Assembly (NCBI GenBank): GCA_964421745.1
Contig: CAYQYL010000002.1
Coordinates: 1-57,841 of the forward strand
Source: an uncultured Muribaculum sp.
GTDB taxonomy: Bacteria > Bacteroidota > Bacteroidia > Bacteroidales > Muribaculaceae
Length of the DNA: 57,841 nucleotides
Reading direction: 5' to 3'
Shown here: positions 37,476 through 48,352 of the stretch, in pieces
Numbering within the stretch: position 1 is the first letter of the stretch
Layout: the number at the start of each line of letters is the position of its first letter
Program-made: the position numbers and the translations under genes
The notes under the pieces: generated by a model
Told to the model about the DNA's origin: nothing
What the model saw: only the letters and a program-made list of their open reading frames with translations
Database searches by the model: none

Positions 37476-39446
37476 TTACTGGGGTTTGATTACAGCCGTC
37501 CAACCTCCATTGCGAGCCATTGTGACGGGAAGAGTTGTCGAACTTCCGACTTGCGAGACCTTGCGCCGATAGTCCATAGCCTGATTGTGGGCGTTGACGC
37601 CGTCGGCGAACGACTCCATTGTGTAGGAAACACCGGGCTGAAGGAAGTCGAGCGACACATTAAACTCGCGATGCTTTTCTTTGCCGTTCGCAATGCCACC
37701 AACATACCAGTTGTCACCCTTGCGCTTGGCAACAATGATGTATTCGCCCGGAACTGCCTCGATAACCTTGGTTTGATCCCAGGTAACGGGAACTGACGCG
37801 ATATAGCGTGTGCAATCATCGTTGCGATAGTAGAGCGTCGGATTGTCGGCCAACATCTGCAATCCGCTTTCGAGAATCACAAACAAAGCCATCTGATAGG
37901 AGCGCGTTCCTATAGATGCCGAATTTGGGCGCCTCGATGCGTAACAATTGGGCTGCATGCTGATCATCGCTCCGGGAGTGTAGTCCATAGGGCCGACTGC
38001 ATTACGCATAAATGGAAGATAAACTGTGTTGTCAGGCACACATCCGCCCATCTGCTCCATGCCGCGCACGCCTTCGTATGACAGCAGGTTGGGATACTTC
38101 TGCTCAAGACCGGCAGGCTTAAAAGCACCATGAAAGTCGACCAGAAGATTGTTTGCCGCTGCCTCGCGGATTACACGCTCGTAAAAGTTTACCATCCACT
38201 GATCGCTGCGATCCATAAAGTCGATTTTCAGACCCTTTACTCCCCAATCGGCAAAAGTTTTGAACAGATCGAAGTTGTTTTCAACGGTAAGCCATGTTAG
38301 CCACAGGAATACTCCAACGCCTTTTTCCTTGCCGTAGCGAACAATTTCGTGAACATCGACTTCCGGATTAGGAGTGTATGGGTCGCGGGTGTCAAGAGCC
38401 CAGCCCTCATCCATAATTATATATGGAATTCCATATTTGGCAGCAAAGTCGATGAAGTATTTATAGGTGTTCATGTTGAAACCTGACTCGAAATCGACAT
38501 CGTCGCCGTAGGGCATAGCGCCATTCCACCATTCCCAGCTTGCAAGTCCCGGCTTTATCCATGAGGTGTCGTCAATAAGGTTCGCACCGCCAAGCTGTAC
38601 AGCCAAAGTCTGCTCAACAATGTCGGCTGGTGTTCCAATAGCCATAAATCGCCAAGGGAACGATCGTTTGCCTGCTGTGCGGGCAATGTAGGGAGCCTCT
38701 TCGAGAATCTTCACACTACGGTCGCCGTCGTCGCCGAACTTCAGTGGAACTTTGGGAAAGGTGGCATAAAATCCGTTTTTGCCGTCGCCTTTGAGGAACA
38801 TGCAAGGATAGTCCATAAGATCGCTTTCAGAAACAAGCACACACTGGCCGCCGTCGGCCTGCATCAGCACAGGAAGCGTCGACATCTTGTCGGAAGGAGT
38901 CCATTCGGCCAACGGCTTGTGGGTGTACATTTCTTCATAAGAAGTCTTAAAACCACCCGGCTGCTGAAGATTAGCTTTCAATCCGGGAACAAAAGTGACA
39001 TCATAGATTTCGTTGTACACATCCATCGAATCCGGCGCCGCTGTAATAAATCTATGAGCAACGCCATTGTTGTAAGCACGGAATTCAACTGCATATCCGC
39101 CGTCCATATCAAGCGTCAGCGAATTGTAATTGTCATCTACTTCCGAATGCTTCAAGGGCACAACAGGTTTAATAGTGTCGGCAACCTTTTTTCGTGAAGT
39201 CTTCTTCACCTTAGGATTGACGCCATAGGCACGGTCGGCAGTGATGAGCGCAACTTTAGCTTTTTCAACAAGAGGACAACCGGAAGTTGTAACGCTATAA
39301 CTAAGCGTATCTCCGGCCGAAACCACTATCGATTTTGCACCGTCAGGCGAAGTGAGTGTGTATGTTTTTGCTTTCGCCGAAGCACACAAAGGCACAAACG
39401 CGGCAGCTAAGAACGAAAGCGAGAGAAATAATATACTCTTTTTCAT
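37476..39446 (-). CDS. GH97, retaining-clade (alpha-galactosidase-like)
   Basis: WIKPG, MDEGW, KIDFMDRSDQ (Asp nucleophile type), FHG, YEGVRGME, GPMDYTPG. Confidence 0.88.
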   Translation of the reverse strand: MKKSILFLSLSFLAAAFVPLCASAKAKTYTLTSPDGAKSIVVSAGDTLSYSVTTSGCPLVEKAKVALITADRAYGVNPKVKKTSRKKVADTIKPVVPLKHSEVDDNYNSLTLDMDGGYAVEFRAYNNGVAHRFITAAPDSMDVYNEIYDVTFVPGLKANLQQPGGFKTSYEEMYTHKPLAEWTPSDKMSTLPVLMQADGGQCVLVSESDLMDYPCMFLKGDGKNGFYATFPKVPLKFGDDGDRSVKILEEAPYIARTAGKRSFPWRFMAIGTPADIVEQTLAVQLGGANLIDDTSWIKPGLASWEWWNGAMPYGDDVDFESGFNMNTYKYFIDFAAKYGIPYIIMDEGWALDTRDPYTPNPEVDVHEIVRYGKEKGVGVFLWLTWLTVENNFDLFKTFADWGVKGLKIDFMDRSDQWMVNFYERVIREAAANNLLVDFHGAFKPAGLEQKYPNLLSYEGVRGMEQMGGCVPDNTVYLPFMRNAVGPMDYTPGAMISMQPNCYASRRPNSASIGTRSYQMALFVILESGLQMLADNPTLYYRNDDCTRYIASVPVTWDQTKVIEAVPGEYIIVAKRKGDNWYVGGIANGKEKHREFNVSLDFLQPGVSYTMESFADGVNAHNQAMDYRRKVSQVGSSTTLPVTMARNGGWTAVIKPQ

Positions 39447-39452
39447 TATATA

Positions 39453-40145
39453 TCATTTAAGTGTTGATTCTACCACAGGGAGAACTGTGCTCTCCATAAT
39501 TTCATAGCCGGCATGTGTGGGATGCACTCCGTCTTTGCTCAATTCGGCAGGGAGCGAAATTCCATCGGGACTTACAAGCGCTGTGTAGTAGTCGACATAC
39601 GGAATGTTGTTTAATGCAGCGTAACTGGCTATGCGGCTGTTGAGTTTCTTAATTTTCTCGGGGCCGTCAGTGACTGCGGGACGCCAGCCGAAAGCACGAG
39701 CCGGTAGCACTGAAGTTAGTATAACCTTAATTCCGTTTGCACGCGCCAGCTCCACCATCGACTGTATGTTGCCAAAAGTGCGGTCTTCGTTGTAGGGTCC
39801 GGTATTTTCTGCTATATCGTTTGTTCCGACATTAATCACCACGACTTCGGGCGAAAGATTAATCACGTCTTCGCGAAAACGCACCAGAAACTGATATGAC
39901 GTCTGGCCACTTATGCCACGACCCACAAAATTATGACTATCGAAAAATTCAGGCCGCCATGAAGCCCAGTTGTCCGTAATGGAGTTACCGATGAAAACCG
40001 CCTTAACCCTACGACCTTTGTCGGCCAAGATAGTCTTGTTTGCGGCGTCATATCGTCCTATCTGCCCCCAGTCCTTATTGTCAGCTAAAAGTGAGAGTGC
40101 GCAGAAACCTACTGCTGTCGCACACAAAACAAATTTTCTTAACAT
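39453..40145 (-). CDS. SGNH/GDSL esterase (probable acetylesterase)
   Basis: FIGNSIT, RGISGQT, GTND, DGVHP; signal peptide. Confidence 0.9.
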   Translation of the reverse strand: MLRKFVLCATAVGFCALSLLADNKDWGQIGRYDAANKTILADKGRRVKAVFIGNSITDNWASWRPEFFDSHNFVGRGISGQTSYQFLVRFREDVINLSPEVVVINVGTNDIAENTGPYNEDRTFGNIQSMVELARANGIKVILTSVLPARAFGWRPAVTDGPEKIKKLNSRIASYAALNNIPYVDYYTALVSPDGISLPAELSKDGVHPTHAGYEIMESTVLPVVESTLK

Positions 40146-40176
40146 TGCTGCGGTAATTTTGGTTATTTATCAGTCA

Positions 40177-40230
40177 CAAATTTAAAGAATTCTGTACGCC
40201 CTTCTGTCCACTTCACTGACAAATGTGTAT
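40177..40230 (-). promoter_or_regulatory. SGNH-GH97 promoter with candidate HTCS box (right PUL boundary)
   Basis: TAAATTTG -7 (40177-84) and tgtccacttcactgacaaatgtgtat (40205-30). Confidence 0.6.
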
Positions 40231-40235
40231 TCGTT

Positions 40236-40727
40236 CTATAATAATTTTTGGAAAGCAATGCGCGGAGAACCGTCTGCACAATAGATTGTACCACAACGTA
40301 TGAATCCGAGTTGGTTTAATCCACGTAACATTGTTGCATTGTCCGCATGTGTATCCACGCGGATGTTGTCGATTTTGGTAAAACAAAAATCAATACATTT
40401 TCGAAGCATTCCGCTGCACGTACCGTCGGAAGCCAATCTGTGGACTGTTCCATACGGATTGTCATTCAACCAGCATCCGTTGTCTATTATCCTGTAAGTC
40501 GGATCTTGTCCGATAATGAAAGCGAAGGTCATCAGAATTCCGCCGTGATCGTCGGTGCCTACATAACTATTCCCGTTACGGATATCTGCTTCAATCAGCG
40601 TGCGCGACGGATAACCGTTGATCCATTGTGACATGTTTCCGTGTGAACGCATAAACACTTTGGCCGAGTCGTAAACCATCATTATGGCATCGACATCGGC
40701 CAAAGTGCTTTTCCGGATATGTATCAT
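40236..40727 (-). CDS. GNAT N-acetyltransferase
   Basis: IRKST, QWINGYP, VHRLAS, RVDTHADN, GFIRCG. Likely start MIHIRK. Confidence 0.85.
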   Translation of the reverse strand: MIHIRKSTLADVDAIMMVYDSAKVFMRSHGNMSQWINGYPSRTLIEADIRNGNSYVGTDDHGGILMTFAFIIGQDPTYRIIDNGCWLNDNPYGTVHRLASDGTCSGMLRKCIDFCFTKIDNIRVDTHADNATMLRGLNQLGFIRCGTIYCADGSPRIAFQKLL

Positions 40728-40731
40728 TTGA

Positions 40732-41793
40732 TCAGTTTGCGGAGTCGAGTACAAATTCAGCTATCCAGCGACCTACCGACGAAGTTGTGCCCGAAGATGC
40801 CGGATCGATGTCCGGAGTGACCACACCGGCGTCGAGCGAAGCCGCAACCGCACGACGCACCAGCGCCCCCTCCTCCTGCAGCCCGAAGTATTCAAGCAAC
40901 ATCGCAACAGAAAGAATCTGAGCCAACGGATTTGCAATATTGAGCCCTGCGGCCTGCGGCCATGAACCGTGGATCGGTTCAAACACTGGCGTACCCTCGC
41001 CGAGCGATGCCGACGGAAGAAGACCCATCGAGCCGGAGATTACGGATGCCTCATCGGTGAGAATATCACCGAATGTGTTTTCCGTCACCATGACATCAAA
41101 GAAGCGTGGATCCTGGATGATGCGCATCGCCGCATTGTCGACATACATGAAATCGGTTGTCACGTCGGGATATTCCGGTGCCATTTCCTGAGCTACCTGG
41201 CGCCAAAGGCGCGAGCTTGCAAGAACGTTTGCCTTGTCGACCACTGTCAGATGCCGACGACGGCGCATAGCGTAGTCGTAGGCAACGCGCAGAATGCGTT
41301 CAACTTCCGGACGGGTATAGATACATGTGTCGTAAGCCTCATTGTCGGTCTGATGTTTTTTACCGAAGTACATGCCCCCGGTGAGCTCACGGATGCATAC
41401 GAAATCGGCTCCATCAACTATCTCGGCACGCAGCGGTGACTTGTGCAGCAGACACGCAAATGTTTCCACTGGGCGCACATTGGCATACAGCCCCAGACTC
41501 TTACGCATGGCAAGCAAACCCTGTTCGGGACGCACTTTAGCGGTGGGATCATTGTCGTACTTCGGATGGCCGATTGCCGAGAACAGCACGGCATCGCTGC
41601 GACGGCACAACTCTAGGGTTTCATCAGGGAATGGATTGCCTACTGCATCGATTGCTGCGGCTCCGACAAGACCATATTCCAACTGGAGCTCATGTCCGAA
41701 GCGGTCGCACACAGCAGTGAGTACGTCGACGCCCTGCGCCGATATTTCAGGCCCGATACCGTCGCCGGGCAAAACTGCGATTTTCAATTTCAT
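40732..41793 (-). CDS. leuB: 3-isopropylmalate dehydrogenase
   Basis: [34 protein letters not shown]. Confidence 0.97.
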   Translation of the reverse strand: MKLKIAVLPGDGIGPEISAQGVDVLTAVCDRFGHELQLEYGLVGAAAIDAVGNPFPDETLELCRRSDAVLFSAIGHPKYDNDPTAKVRPEQGLLAMRKSLGLYANVRPVETFACLLHKSPLRAEIVDGADFVCIRELTGGMYFGKKHQTDNEAYDTCIYTRPEVERILRVAYDYAMRRRRHLTVVDKANVLASSRLWRQVAQEMAPEYPDVTTDFMYVDNAAMRIIQDPRFFDVMVTENTFGDILTDEASVISGSMGLLPSASLGEGTPVFEPIHGSWPQAAGLNIANPLAQILSVAMLLEYFGLQEEGALVRRAVAASLDAGVVTPDIDPASSGTTSSVGRWIAEFVLDSAN

Positions 41794-41805
41794 ATAATCA
41801 GATAA

Positions 41806-43317
41806 TTATTGATAGGAATTCAGCATCTTTATTGTGGCTTGTATGGCAGCCTCTGTCTGGTCGGCATCAAGACCGCGGGTTTTCATTGTGTGGCCGTGAT
41901 TGTTCCAAGTAATCACCGTGTGAACCAGTGCATCGGTGCGACCACCGGGAGGAATGCTCACAGAATAATTTGTCAGAACAGGAATCTCGCGTTTGAGTCG
42001 TCGCGAATAAATTTTGCGTACCGCATGCATGAACGCGTCGAACTGACCGTCGCCCACAGCCGATTCCTGATACTCGTTGCCGTCAATTTCCAGCTTGACA
42101 GTTGCCGTGGGACGGAGCCCACTGACAAGATTCAGAGCGTAGTTTATGAGCCTTACATGTTGCGCAACAGCAGCGTGTTTCAGCACATCGGCTACAATGA
42201 AAGGCAAATCGCCTTGTGTGACAAGTTCTTTTTTGTCGGCAAGCTGAATGACTCGGGCAGTAACCTTGCGGATATCGTCCTCTGTAAGCTCTATTCCGAG
42301 AGCCTCAAGATTTTTGCGTATATTGGCGCGACCCGAAGTTTTGCCGAGCGCATACTCGCGCTCGCGCCCGAAACGTTCGGGAAGCAAATCGTTATAATAC
42401 AGCCGGTTTTTATTGTCGCCGTCGGCGTGCACACCGGCACATTGCGTGAAAACGCTGTCGCCGATGATAGGTTTATTCGGAGGAACGGATATGCCTGAGA
42501 ACGACTCCACGATGTGCGAAACTTTGTTTATGCGCGATTCGTCGATTCCTGTTGTGCCGCGAAGCTGGTCGTGGATTACAGCAACCGAACTTGACAATGC
42601 AGCATTACCGGCACGTTCGCCCAGACCGTTCACCGTGCAATGGATGCCTCGCGCACCCCCTTTGACAGCAGCAAACACGTTGGCAGTAGCCAAATCGTAA
42701 TCATTGTGGGCATGAAAGTCGAAATGAATTGCCGGATAAAGCTTCACCATTTGGTGCACATAGGCCAGAGTGTCATAAGGATTCAGCACTCCAAGCGTGT
42801 CAGGTAGCATGATGCGCTTTACAGGCAGCTTGCTGACAGCCTTCATGAGCGCCAACACGTAATCCCGTGAATGTTTCATGCCATTCGACCAGTCTTCGAG
42901 ATACAGATTCACATCGAGGCCGGCCGAACGGGCACGCTCAACCTCGTCGGCAATAGTGCGGAAATGCTCCTCGGGAGTTTGGCTGAGTTGCAGCCGACAA
43001 TGCCGCTCCGATCCTTTTGCCAGCAGGTTAATGACACGTCCACCCACACCGCATACCCAGTCGACCGATTGACCGTGGTCGAGAAAGCCGAGCACCTCAA
43101 CAGCTTGCAAATTACCTGTATTGCGGGCCCAGGCGCAAATACGCGCAACAGTTTCGCGTTCACCGTCTGACACTCGCGCCGAGGCCACCTCTATGCGGGG
43201 CACGTGAAGCTCCGACAGAAGCAACCGCGTGAGAGCCATTTTTTCAGGTGTGCTGAACGACACACCCGAAGTTTGCTCTCCGTCGCGCAACGTTGTGTCA
43301 AGGATTTCAACGTACAT
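41806..43317 (-). CDS. cimA: Citramalate synthase (LeuA paralogue)
   Basis: [32 protein letters not shown]-terminal regulatory domain; lies between leuD and leuB. Confidence 0.8.
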   Translation of the reverse strand: MYVEILDTTLRDGEQTSGVSFSTPEKMALTRLLLSELHVPRIEVASARVSDGERETVARICAWARNTGNLQAVEVLGFLDHGQSVDWVCGVGGRVINLLAKGSERHCRLQLSQTPEEHFRTIADEVERARSAGLDVNLYLEDWSNGMKHSRDYVLALMKAVSKLPVKRIMLPDTLGVLNPYDTLAYVHQMVKLYPAIHFDFHAHNDYDLATANVFAAVKGGARGIHCTVNGLGERAGNAALSSSVAVIHDQLRGTTGIDESRINKVSHIVESFSGISVPPNKPIIGDSVFTQCAGVHADGDNKNRLYYNDLLPERFGREREYALGKTSGRANIRKNLEALGIELTEDDIRKVTARVIQLADKKELVTQGDLPFIVADVLKHAAVAQHVRLINYALNLVSGLRPTATVKLEIDGNEYQESAVGDGQFDAFMHAVRKIYSRRLKREIPVLTNYSVSIPPGGRTDALVHTVITWNNHGHTMKTRGLDADQTEAAIQATIKMLNSYQ

Positions 43318-43325
43318 GGTGCCGT

Positions 43326-43916
43326 TTATGCATGCTCTGCTTCCCAGGCTTCAACTGCATCGCGTTTCGACAAAAGATAGTCGATATCGTCAAGGCCATT
43401 GAGCAGACACTCTTTTTTGTAAGGATTAATATCGAAATGTTCGCTTTTGCCTGTAGCGAGGTTTGTGATAGTCTGCGACTGCAGATCGACTTCAATTTCA
43501 GTCAGCGGATTGTCGTTTATCGACGTAAACAACCCGGCAAGGAATTCAGGAGTCACTGTCACAGGCAGCACAAAAGAATTCAATTCATTATTACGGTGTA
43601 TGTCGGCGAAAAAGCTCGACACCACAACGCGAAAGCCATAGTCGTGGATAGCCCATGCGGCATGTTCGCGCGATGAACCCGATCCGAAATTCTTTCCGGC
43701 CACAAGTATACAGCCTTTGTAGGTCGGGTTGTTGAGCACAAAATCGGGGTTTGGAGTACCGTCGGGACGATAACGCCAGTCGCGGAACAGGTTTTCACCA
43801 AAACCTTCGCGCGATGTGGCTTTAAGAAATCGTGCAGGAATGATCTGGTCTGTGTCGACATTCTCCATTGGCAATGGAACAGCAGTGGAGCGTATGGTTG
43901 TAAATTTTTCGTGCAT
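43326..43916 (-). CDS. leuD: 3-isopropylmalate dehydratase small subunit
   Basis: NVDTDQIIPARFLK, NFGSGSSREHA. Confidence 0.97.
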   Translation of the reverse strand: MHEKFTTIRSTAVPLPMENVDTDQIIPARFLKATSREGFGENLFRDWRYRPDGTPNPDFVLNNPTYKGCILVAGKNFGSGSSREHAAWAIHDYGFRVVVSSFFADIHRNNELNSFVLPVTVTPEFLAGLFTSINDNPLTEIEVDLQSQTITNLATGKSEHFDINPYKKECLLNGLDDIDYLLSKRDAVEAWEAEHA

Positions 43917-43926
43917 GGCGTTGTTA

Positions 43927-45324
43927 CTACATTAATGTACGTGGATCTGTGATTTTTCCGGTGAGAGCAGCCGCAGCAGCCACAAGCGGGCCGGCGAGAA
44001 TTGTTCGGGAACCGGGACCCTGACGGCCTTCGAAATTGCGGTTCGAAGTTGACACAGCCAGACACCCGGCCGGAATTTTGTCGTCGTTCATAGCCAGACA
44101 TGCCGAACATCCGGGCTGACGCAGTTCAAAGCCGGCTTCCGTAAGGATCTTATCAATTCCGGCTTCGACTATCTGACGGTGCACGCTCTGGGATCCGGGC
44201 ACGAGCCACACCGTCACGCCGTCTGCTTTCCTACGTCCTTTCACCATATCGGCAAATGCCTGAAAGTCGCTTAGGCGTCCGTTGGTGCAAGAACCCAGAA
44301 AAACATAGTCGACAGGTGTTCCTTCAAGCTTCTGACCCTTTGAAAATCCCATATATGCCAATGCTTTATCGTGCGAAAGCGCACCGGCTTCATCGCTGCC
44401 TGCATAGCCGGGAACAGTATCAGTAATGTCCATTCCCATTCCCGGATTTGTACCGTAGGTGAGGCGCGGACCGATTTCTGCAGCATCAAATGTGATTTCA
44501 CGATCGAAAACTGCCCCCGGATCGGTGGGCAAAGTGCGCCAATAGGCCACAGCCTTATCCCATGCTTCACCCTTGGGTGCAAATTCGCGGCCTTTCACAT
44601 AGGCAAATGTTGTTTCGTCGGGAGCAATCATTCCGCCTCGTGCACCCATTTCAATCGACAGATTGCAGACTGTCATTCGCTCCTCCATGGTCAACGCACG
44701 AATGGCCTCGCCGGCATATTCCACGAAATAGCCTGTGGCACCTCCGGTGGTCATTTGGGCAATTATATACAAGGCCAGATCTTTAGCAGTCACTCCTTTG
44801 CCCAATCTTCCTTCTATGTTGATTCGCATCGTTTTCGGACGTGGCTGGAGAACACATTGCGATGCCAGCACCATTTCAACTTCCGATGTGCCGATACCGA
44901 ATGCAACAGCTCCGAAAGCACCGTGGGTCGAGGTATGACTGTCGCCACAAACAATTGTCATGCCCGGCAATGTCAGTCCGTTTTCAGGACCGACAACATG
45001 TATAATTCCATTCTTCGGATGACCCAGATGATAATGTGTCAGCCCGAACTCAGCGGCATTGGCAGCCAGTTGCGAAACCTGTTTTGCCGACACCGGATCA
45101 GCGATAGGCAGATGCTGATTAACAGTGGGAGTGTTATGATCGGGCATACATATGACACGTTCGGGACGGAACACCCCAAGTCCACGCCGACGCAGTCCGT
45201 CGAATGCCTGCGGACTGGTCACTTCATGACAATAGAGTCTGTCGATATACAATTGTGTCGGACCGTCGGGAATCGCCTGAACCGTGTGGGCATCCCATAT
45301 TTTGTCGAAAAGAGTTTTAGCCAT
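43927..45324 (-). CDS. leuC: 3-isopropylmalate dehydratase large subunit
   Basis: [39 protein letters not shown]. Confidence 0.97.
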   Translation of the reverse strand: MAKTLFDKIWDAHTVQAIPDGPTQLYIDRLYCHEVTSPQAFDGLRRRGLGVFRPERVICMPDHNTPTVNQHLPIADPVSAKQVSQLAANAAEFGLTHYHLGHPKNGIIHVVGPENGLTLPGMTIVCGDSHTSTHGAFGAVAFGIGTSEVEMVLASQCVLQPRPKTMRINIEGRLGKGVTAKDLALYIIAQMTTGGATGYFVEYAGEAIRALTMEERMTVCNLSIEMGARGGMIAPDETTFAYVKGREFAPKGEAWDKAVAYWRTLPTDPGAVFDREITFDAAEIGPRLTYGTNPGMGMDITDTVPGYAGSDEAGALSHDKALAYMGFSKGQKLEGTPVDYVFLGSCTNGRLSDFQAFADMVKGRRKADGVTVWLVPGSQSVHRQIVEAGIDKILTEAGFELRQPGCSACLAMNDDKIPAGCLAVSTSNRNFEGRQGPGSRTILAGPLVAAAAALTGKITDPRTLM

Positions 45325-45334
45325 TTTTGCAGTG

Positions 45335-46831
45335 TTAATGAACAAATTTGTTTATTGCATCGATGAATGCCTCGGCACTAGCGGCTATAATGTCGGTGTT
45401 AGCCGAAAATCCGTAGTAGTTGGTGCCATCGTACTCAACGGTCATATGCACCTTACCGACATCATTGCTACCTTTGTTTATTGCCTGTATGAGAAACTCC
45501 TTGACAAGCATTTTGCGCCTTATGATTATCTTGATTGCCGATATTGCTGCATCGACCGGACCGTTGCCCGAAGCACAAGCCTCGAATTTCTCGCCGGCAA
45601 TGTCGAGCCCTATGGATGCGACCGACTTTACGCCTACTCCGGAGGTCACCTGCAGATAGTCGAGCTTCAGGCGACGTGCCGACTTGCGATGCTCGCCTGC
45701 GAGCATCAGCACATCGTCGTCGTTAATCTCTTTTTTCTTGTCGGCAAGCGCCAGAAAGGCTTCATATGCTTTGTCGAGAGCCTCTTTTTCGAGTTCGATT
45801 CCCAATACATGCAGACGATGCTTTAAGGCTGCGCGTCCAGAACGTGCTGTGAGCACAATTGAATTTTCATCGACTCCGACATCTTTCGGGTCTATGATCT
45901 CATAACTCTCGCGATTTTTCAGCACACCGTCCTGGTGTATACCCGAACTGTGAGCGAATGCATTTCGGCCTACGATAGCCTTGTTGGGCTGAACGGGCAT
46001 ATTCATCAGTGACGACACCAGCTGGCTGACGCCACATATCTTGGTTGTATTAATGTTTGTTTCTATTCCAAGTTCCGGATGCGCCTTGAAAATCATTGCA
46101 ACCTCTTCAAGCGAAGTGTTTCCGGCGCGTTCGCCGATTCCGTTGATTGTCACCTCGGCCTGGCGGGCACCTCCGAGAATGCCCTGCACTGTGTTCGCAG
46201 TTGCCATGCCAAGATCGTTATGACAATGAGTGGCAATTACCGCACGGTGTATGCCGTCGACATGCTCCATCAGATAGCGTATTTTGTCGCCAAACTGCTC
46301 GGGCAGACAATAGCCCGTGGTGTCGGGTATGTTCACAACCGTAGCACCGGCTTTGATAACGGCCTCTATGACGCGGGCAAGATATTCATTGTCAGTACGG
46401 CCGGCATCTTCTGCATAGAACTGTACGTCGTCGACAAATCGTTTGGCATACTTCACGGCTGCAACCGCGCGTTCAAGAATCTCCTCGCGATTCGAGTTGA
46501 ATTTATAGCGGATATGCGAATCCGACGTTCCTATGCCTGTGTGGATACGTTTATGCTTTGCATATTGAAGTGATTCGGCTGCCACACGTATATCGTTTTC
46601 TACCGCACGTGTCAACGCACAAATCGTGGGCCATGTAACTGCCTTGGATATTTCCATCACGGAATTAAAATCGCCTGGCGACGAAACCGGGAAACCGGCC
46701 TCTATCACATCAACACCCAGCTCCTCCAGATGCTTTGCCACCTCGATTTTTTCAACGGTGTTCAATTGACATCCGGGCACTTGCTCACCATCGCGAAGCG
46801 TGGTGTCGAATATAAAAAGTCTATTGCTCAT
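45335..46831 (-). CDS. leuA: 2-isopropylmalate synthase
   Basis: [39 protein letters not shown]. Likely start MSNRLF. Confidence 0.95.
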   Translation of the reverse strand: MSNRLFIFDTTLRDGEQVPGCQLNTVEKIEVAKHLEELGVDVIEAGFPVSSPGDFNSVMEISKAVTWPTICALTRAVENDIRVAAESLQYAKHKRIHTGIGTSDSHIRYKFNSNREEILERAVAAVKYAKRFVDDVQFYAEDAGRTDNEYLARVIEAVIKAGATVVNIPDTTGYCLPEQFGDKIRYLMEHVDGIHRAVIATHCHNDLGMATANTVQGILGGARQAEVTINGIGERAGNTSLEEVAMIFKAHPELGIETNINTTKICGVSQLVSSLMNMPVQPNKAIVGRNAFAHSSGIHQDGVLKNRESYEIIDPKDVGVDENSIVLTARSGRAALKHRLHVLGIELEKEALDKAYEAFLALADKKKEINDDDVLMLAGEHRKSARRLKLDYLQVTSGVGVKSVASIGLDIAGEKFEACASGNGPVDAAISAIKIIIRRKMLVKEFLIQAINKGSNDVGKVHMTVEYDGTNYYGFSANTDIIAASAEAFIDAINKFVH

Positions 46832-46875
46832 TAAAACTAAAGTAATACTGTCAAATTCTATTTTCGACTGCAAAA

Positions 46876-46911
46876 TTATAGTTATTTGCCCTAAAAAGCA
46901 AATAACTATAA
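46876..46911. promoter_or_regulatory. Perfect 14-bp inverted repeat overlapping the leuA -7 box (terminator and/or operator)
   Basis: ttatagttatttgc-N8-gcaaataactataa; -7 TAATTTTG on the minus strand at 46871-78. Confidence 0.55.
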
Positions 46912-46957
46912 ACAAAAGTAATGCAAAAATTTAAAATAGAATTTTATGAGCTATATT

Positions 46958-48352
46958 CTACAGAGCTGTTTCCGGCTCCACATACACATAGGCTCCGAGG
47001 TCGGGAGTTACGAGCGAGCGCTCATTTCCATAGAAATCGACATTCGCTTCCCGCAACGTTAGCTGAGGGTCGGCCATTCCTATTGCAAATGATCCGGGGC
47101 GAAGACGATAATCAAAATGATAATCCTCGCGCACTGTATAATACATCGGATCCTTGCCCCAGATTATATCCAGAAAATTATTGTCGTCTGTGCCGTTGCT
47201 GCGAATCAGACAGCGACGCAACTTGACATCCATTCCATCGAGGGTTCCCGGACTGACGTCCGCGCCAAGGCCATAGATAATGCAATTGGCAACATCGGCC
47301 GTGATTTCCTGACCAGCAAAAGTGAGAGCAGCACCGGATATGCCTGAGAACAGATAATTGTTAGCCAGCGTACAGTGATTTATAACATGCCGACCGCTGG
47401 CAAGATTAACCAGACCGGCTCCGCCTTCGGAGAACTCACATCCGATAGCCGTAATATTACGTGCCTCCGATGAAAGCACGGTCGACTGGGAATTGGTCAG
47501 ACGACAGCGCAACAAAGTCAATTCCGGTTCAGCGACACGGCCGTCGTCCTGACGCTGACGGCATTGCACACCATAGACAGTGTTACGAACAATCGTATGC
47601 TCCATCAGATTCTGTTTACTGTCAGGGCCAAATTCAATGCCCATCCACTGTCCCGACATAATCTCGTAGGGAATGCGGCCCACAACCTGATCGAAACGGT
47701 CGCCATCCATCATCACCGGAGCCTGCCAGGTGCCATTGCTAACCAACGTCCCGTCAACCTTCAAAATAGCTTTGTCATGGAAATGAAGCCTAACACCAGC
47801 GTCAAGAGTGAGTTTGGCACCCTGATTCACGACAATGCTTTTCATTATACGATAAGGGTTTTCTGCAGTCAACGTCATGTCAGAATTCACTTCCAGTTCG
47901 TCTATTGTAGTAACATTTTCTGAAAGGGCATTTAGCACGACAGTGCTTTCAACTCCGTTGACAACAAAATCCATATGAGCATTGTACTCCACAACACCCG
48001 GAGCCGGATTTTGCGGAAAAGTTGCTTCGACAAGCACAAAAATAGAATCATTGCCGCGTATTTCGACATTGTTGAAACTTGTGCCGGCAATACCGTCGAC
48101 ATTTATTCGCCACGACACATCGCTGTCTGATTCGCGCAACTTGATCGATGCAATGCTGATGCCTTTGCTGTTGCGGTTATAGACTTTAAATGTACGCGTA
48201 GGCGTACCCTCGCCTGCAAAAGTGTAGCCGATGCGCAATGTGTCGGTTGAATACATCGGTTGCGCCGAGGGAGAAGTTGTAATGCTGTCGTCGATACAAG
48301 AGGTGACAACGGCAGCGAGCAATAATATGGTCGAGTATAAGAATTGTCGCAT
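46958..48352 (-). CDS. Lipoprotein with Ig-like N-terminus and right-handed beta-helix repeats
   Basis: Lipobox VTSC, beta-helix-like repeats (HCTLANN, NCIIYG), C-terminal DYRL...PDLGAY. Confidence 0.7.
   Translation of the reverse strand: MRQFLYSTILLLAAVVTSCIDDSITTSPSAQPMYSTDTLRIGYTFAGEGTPTRTFKVYNRNSKGISIASIKLRESDSDVSWRINVDGIAGTSFNNVEIRGNDSIFVLVEATFPQNPAPGVVEYNAHMDFVVNGVESTVVLNALSENVTTIDELEVNSDMTLTAENPYRIMKSIVVNQGAKLTLDAGVRLHFHDKAILKVDGTLVSNGTWQAPVMMDGDRFDQVVGRIPYEIMSGQWMGIEFGPDSKQNLMEHTIVRNTVYGVQCRQRQDDGRVAEPELTLLRCRLTNSQSTVLSSEARNITAIGCEFSEGGAGLVNLASGRHVINHCTLANNYLFSGISGAALTFAGQEITADVANCIIYGLGADVSPGTLDGMDVKLRRCLIRSNGTDDNNFLDIIWGKDPMYYTVREDYHFDYRLRPGSFAIGMADPQLTLREANVDFYGNERSLVTPDLGAYVYVEPETAL

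Noticed and set aside
41806-43317. Duplicate leuA as a novelty
   Set aside because: A CimA-type paralogue within the leu operon is the usual Bacteroidales arrangement.
46876-46911. Invertible promoter at leuA
   Set aside because: Only 8 bp lie between the repeats and there is no recombinase nearby.
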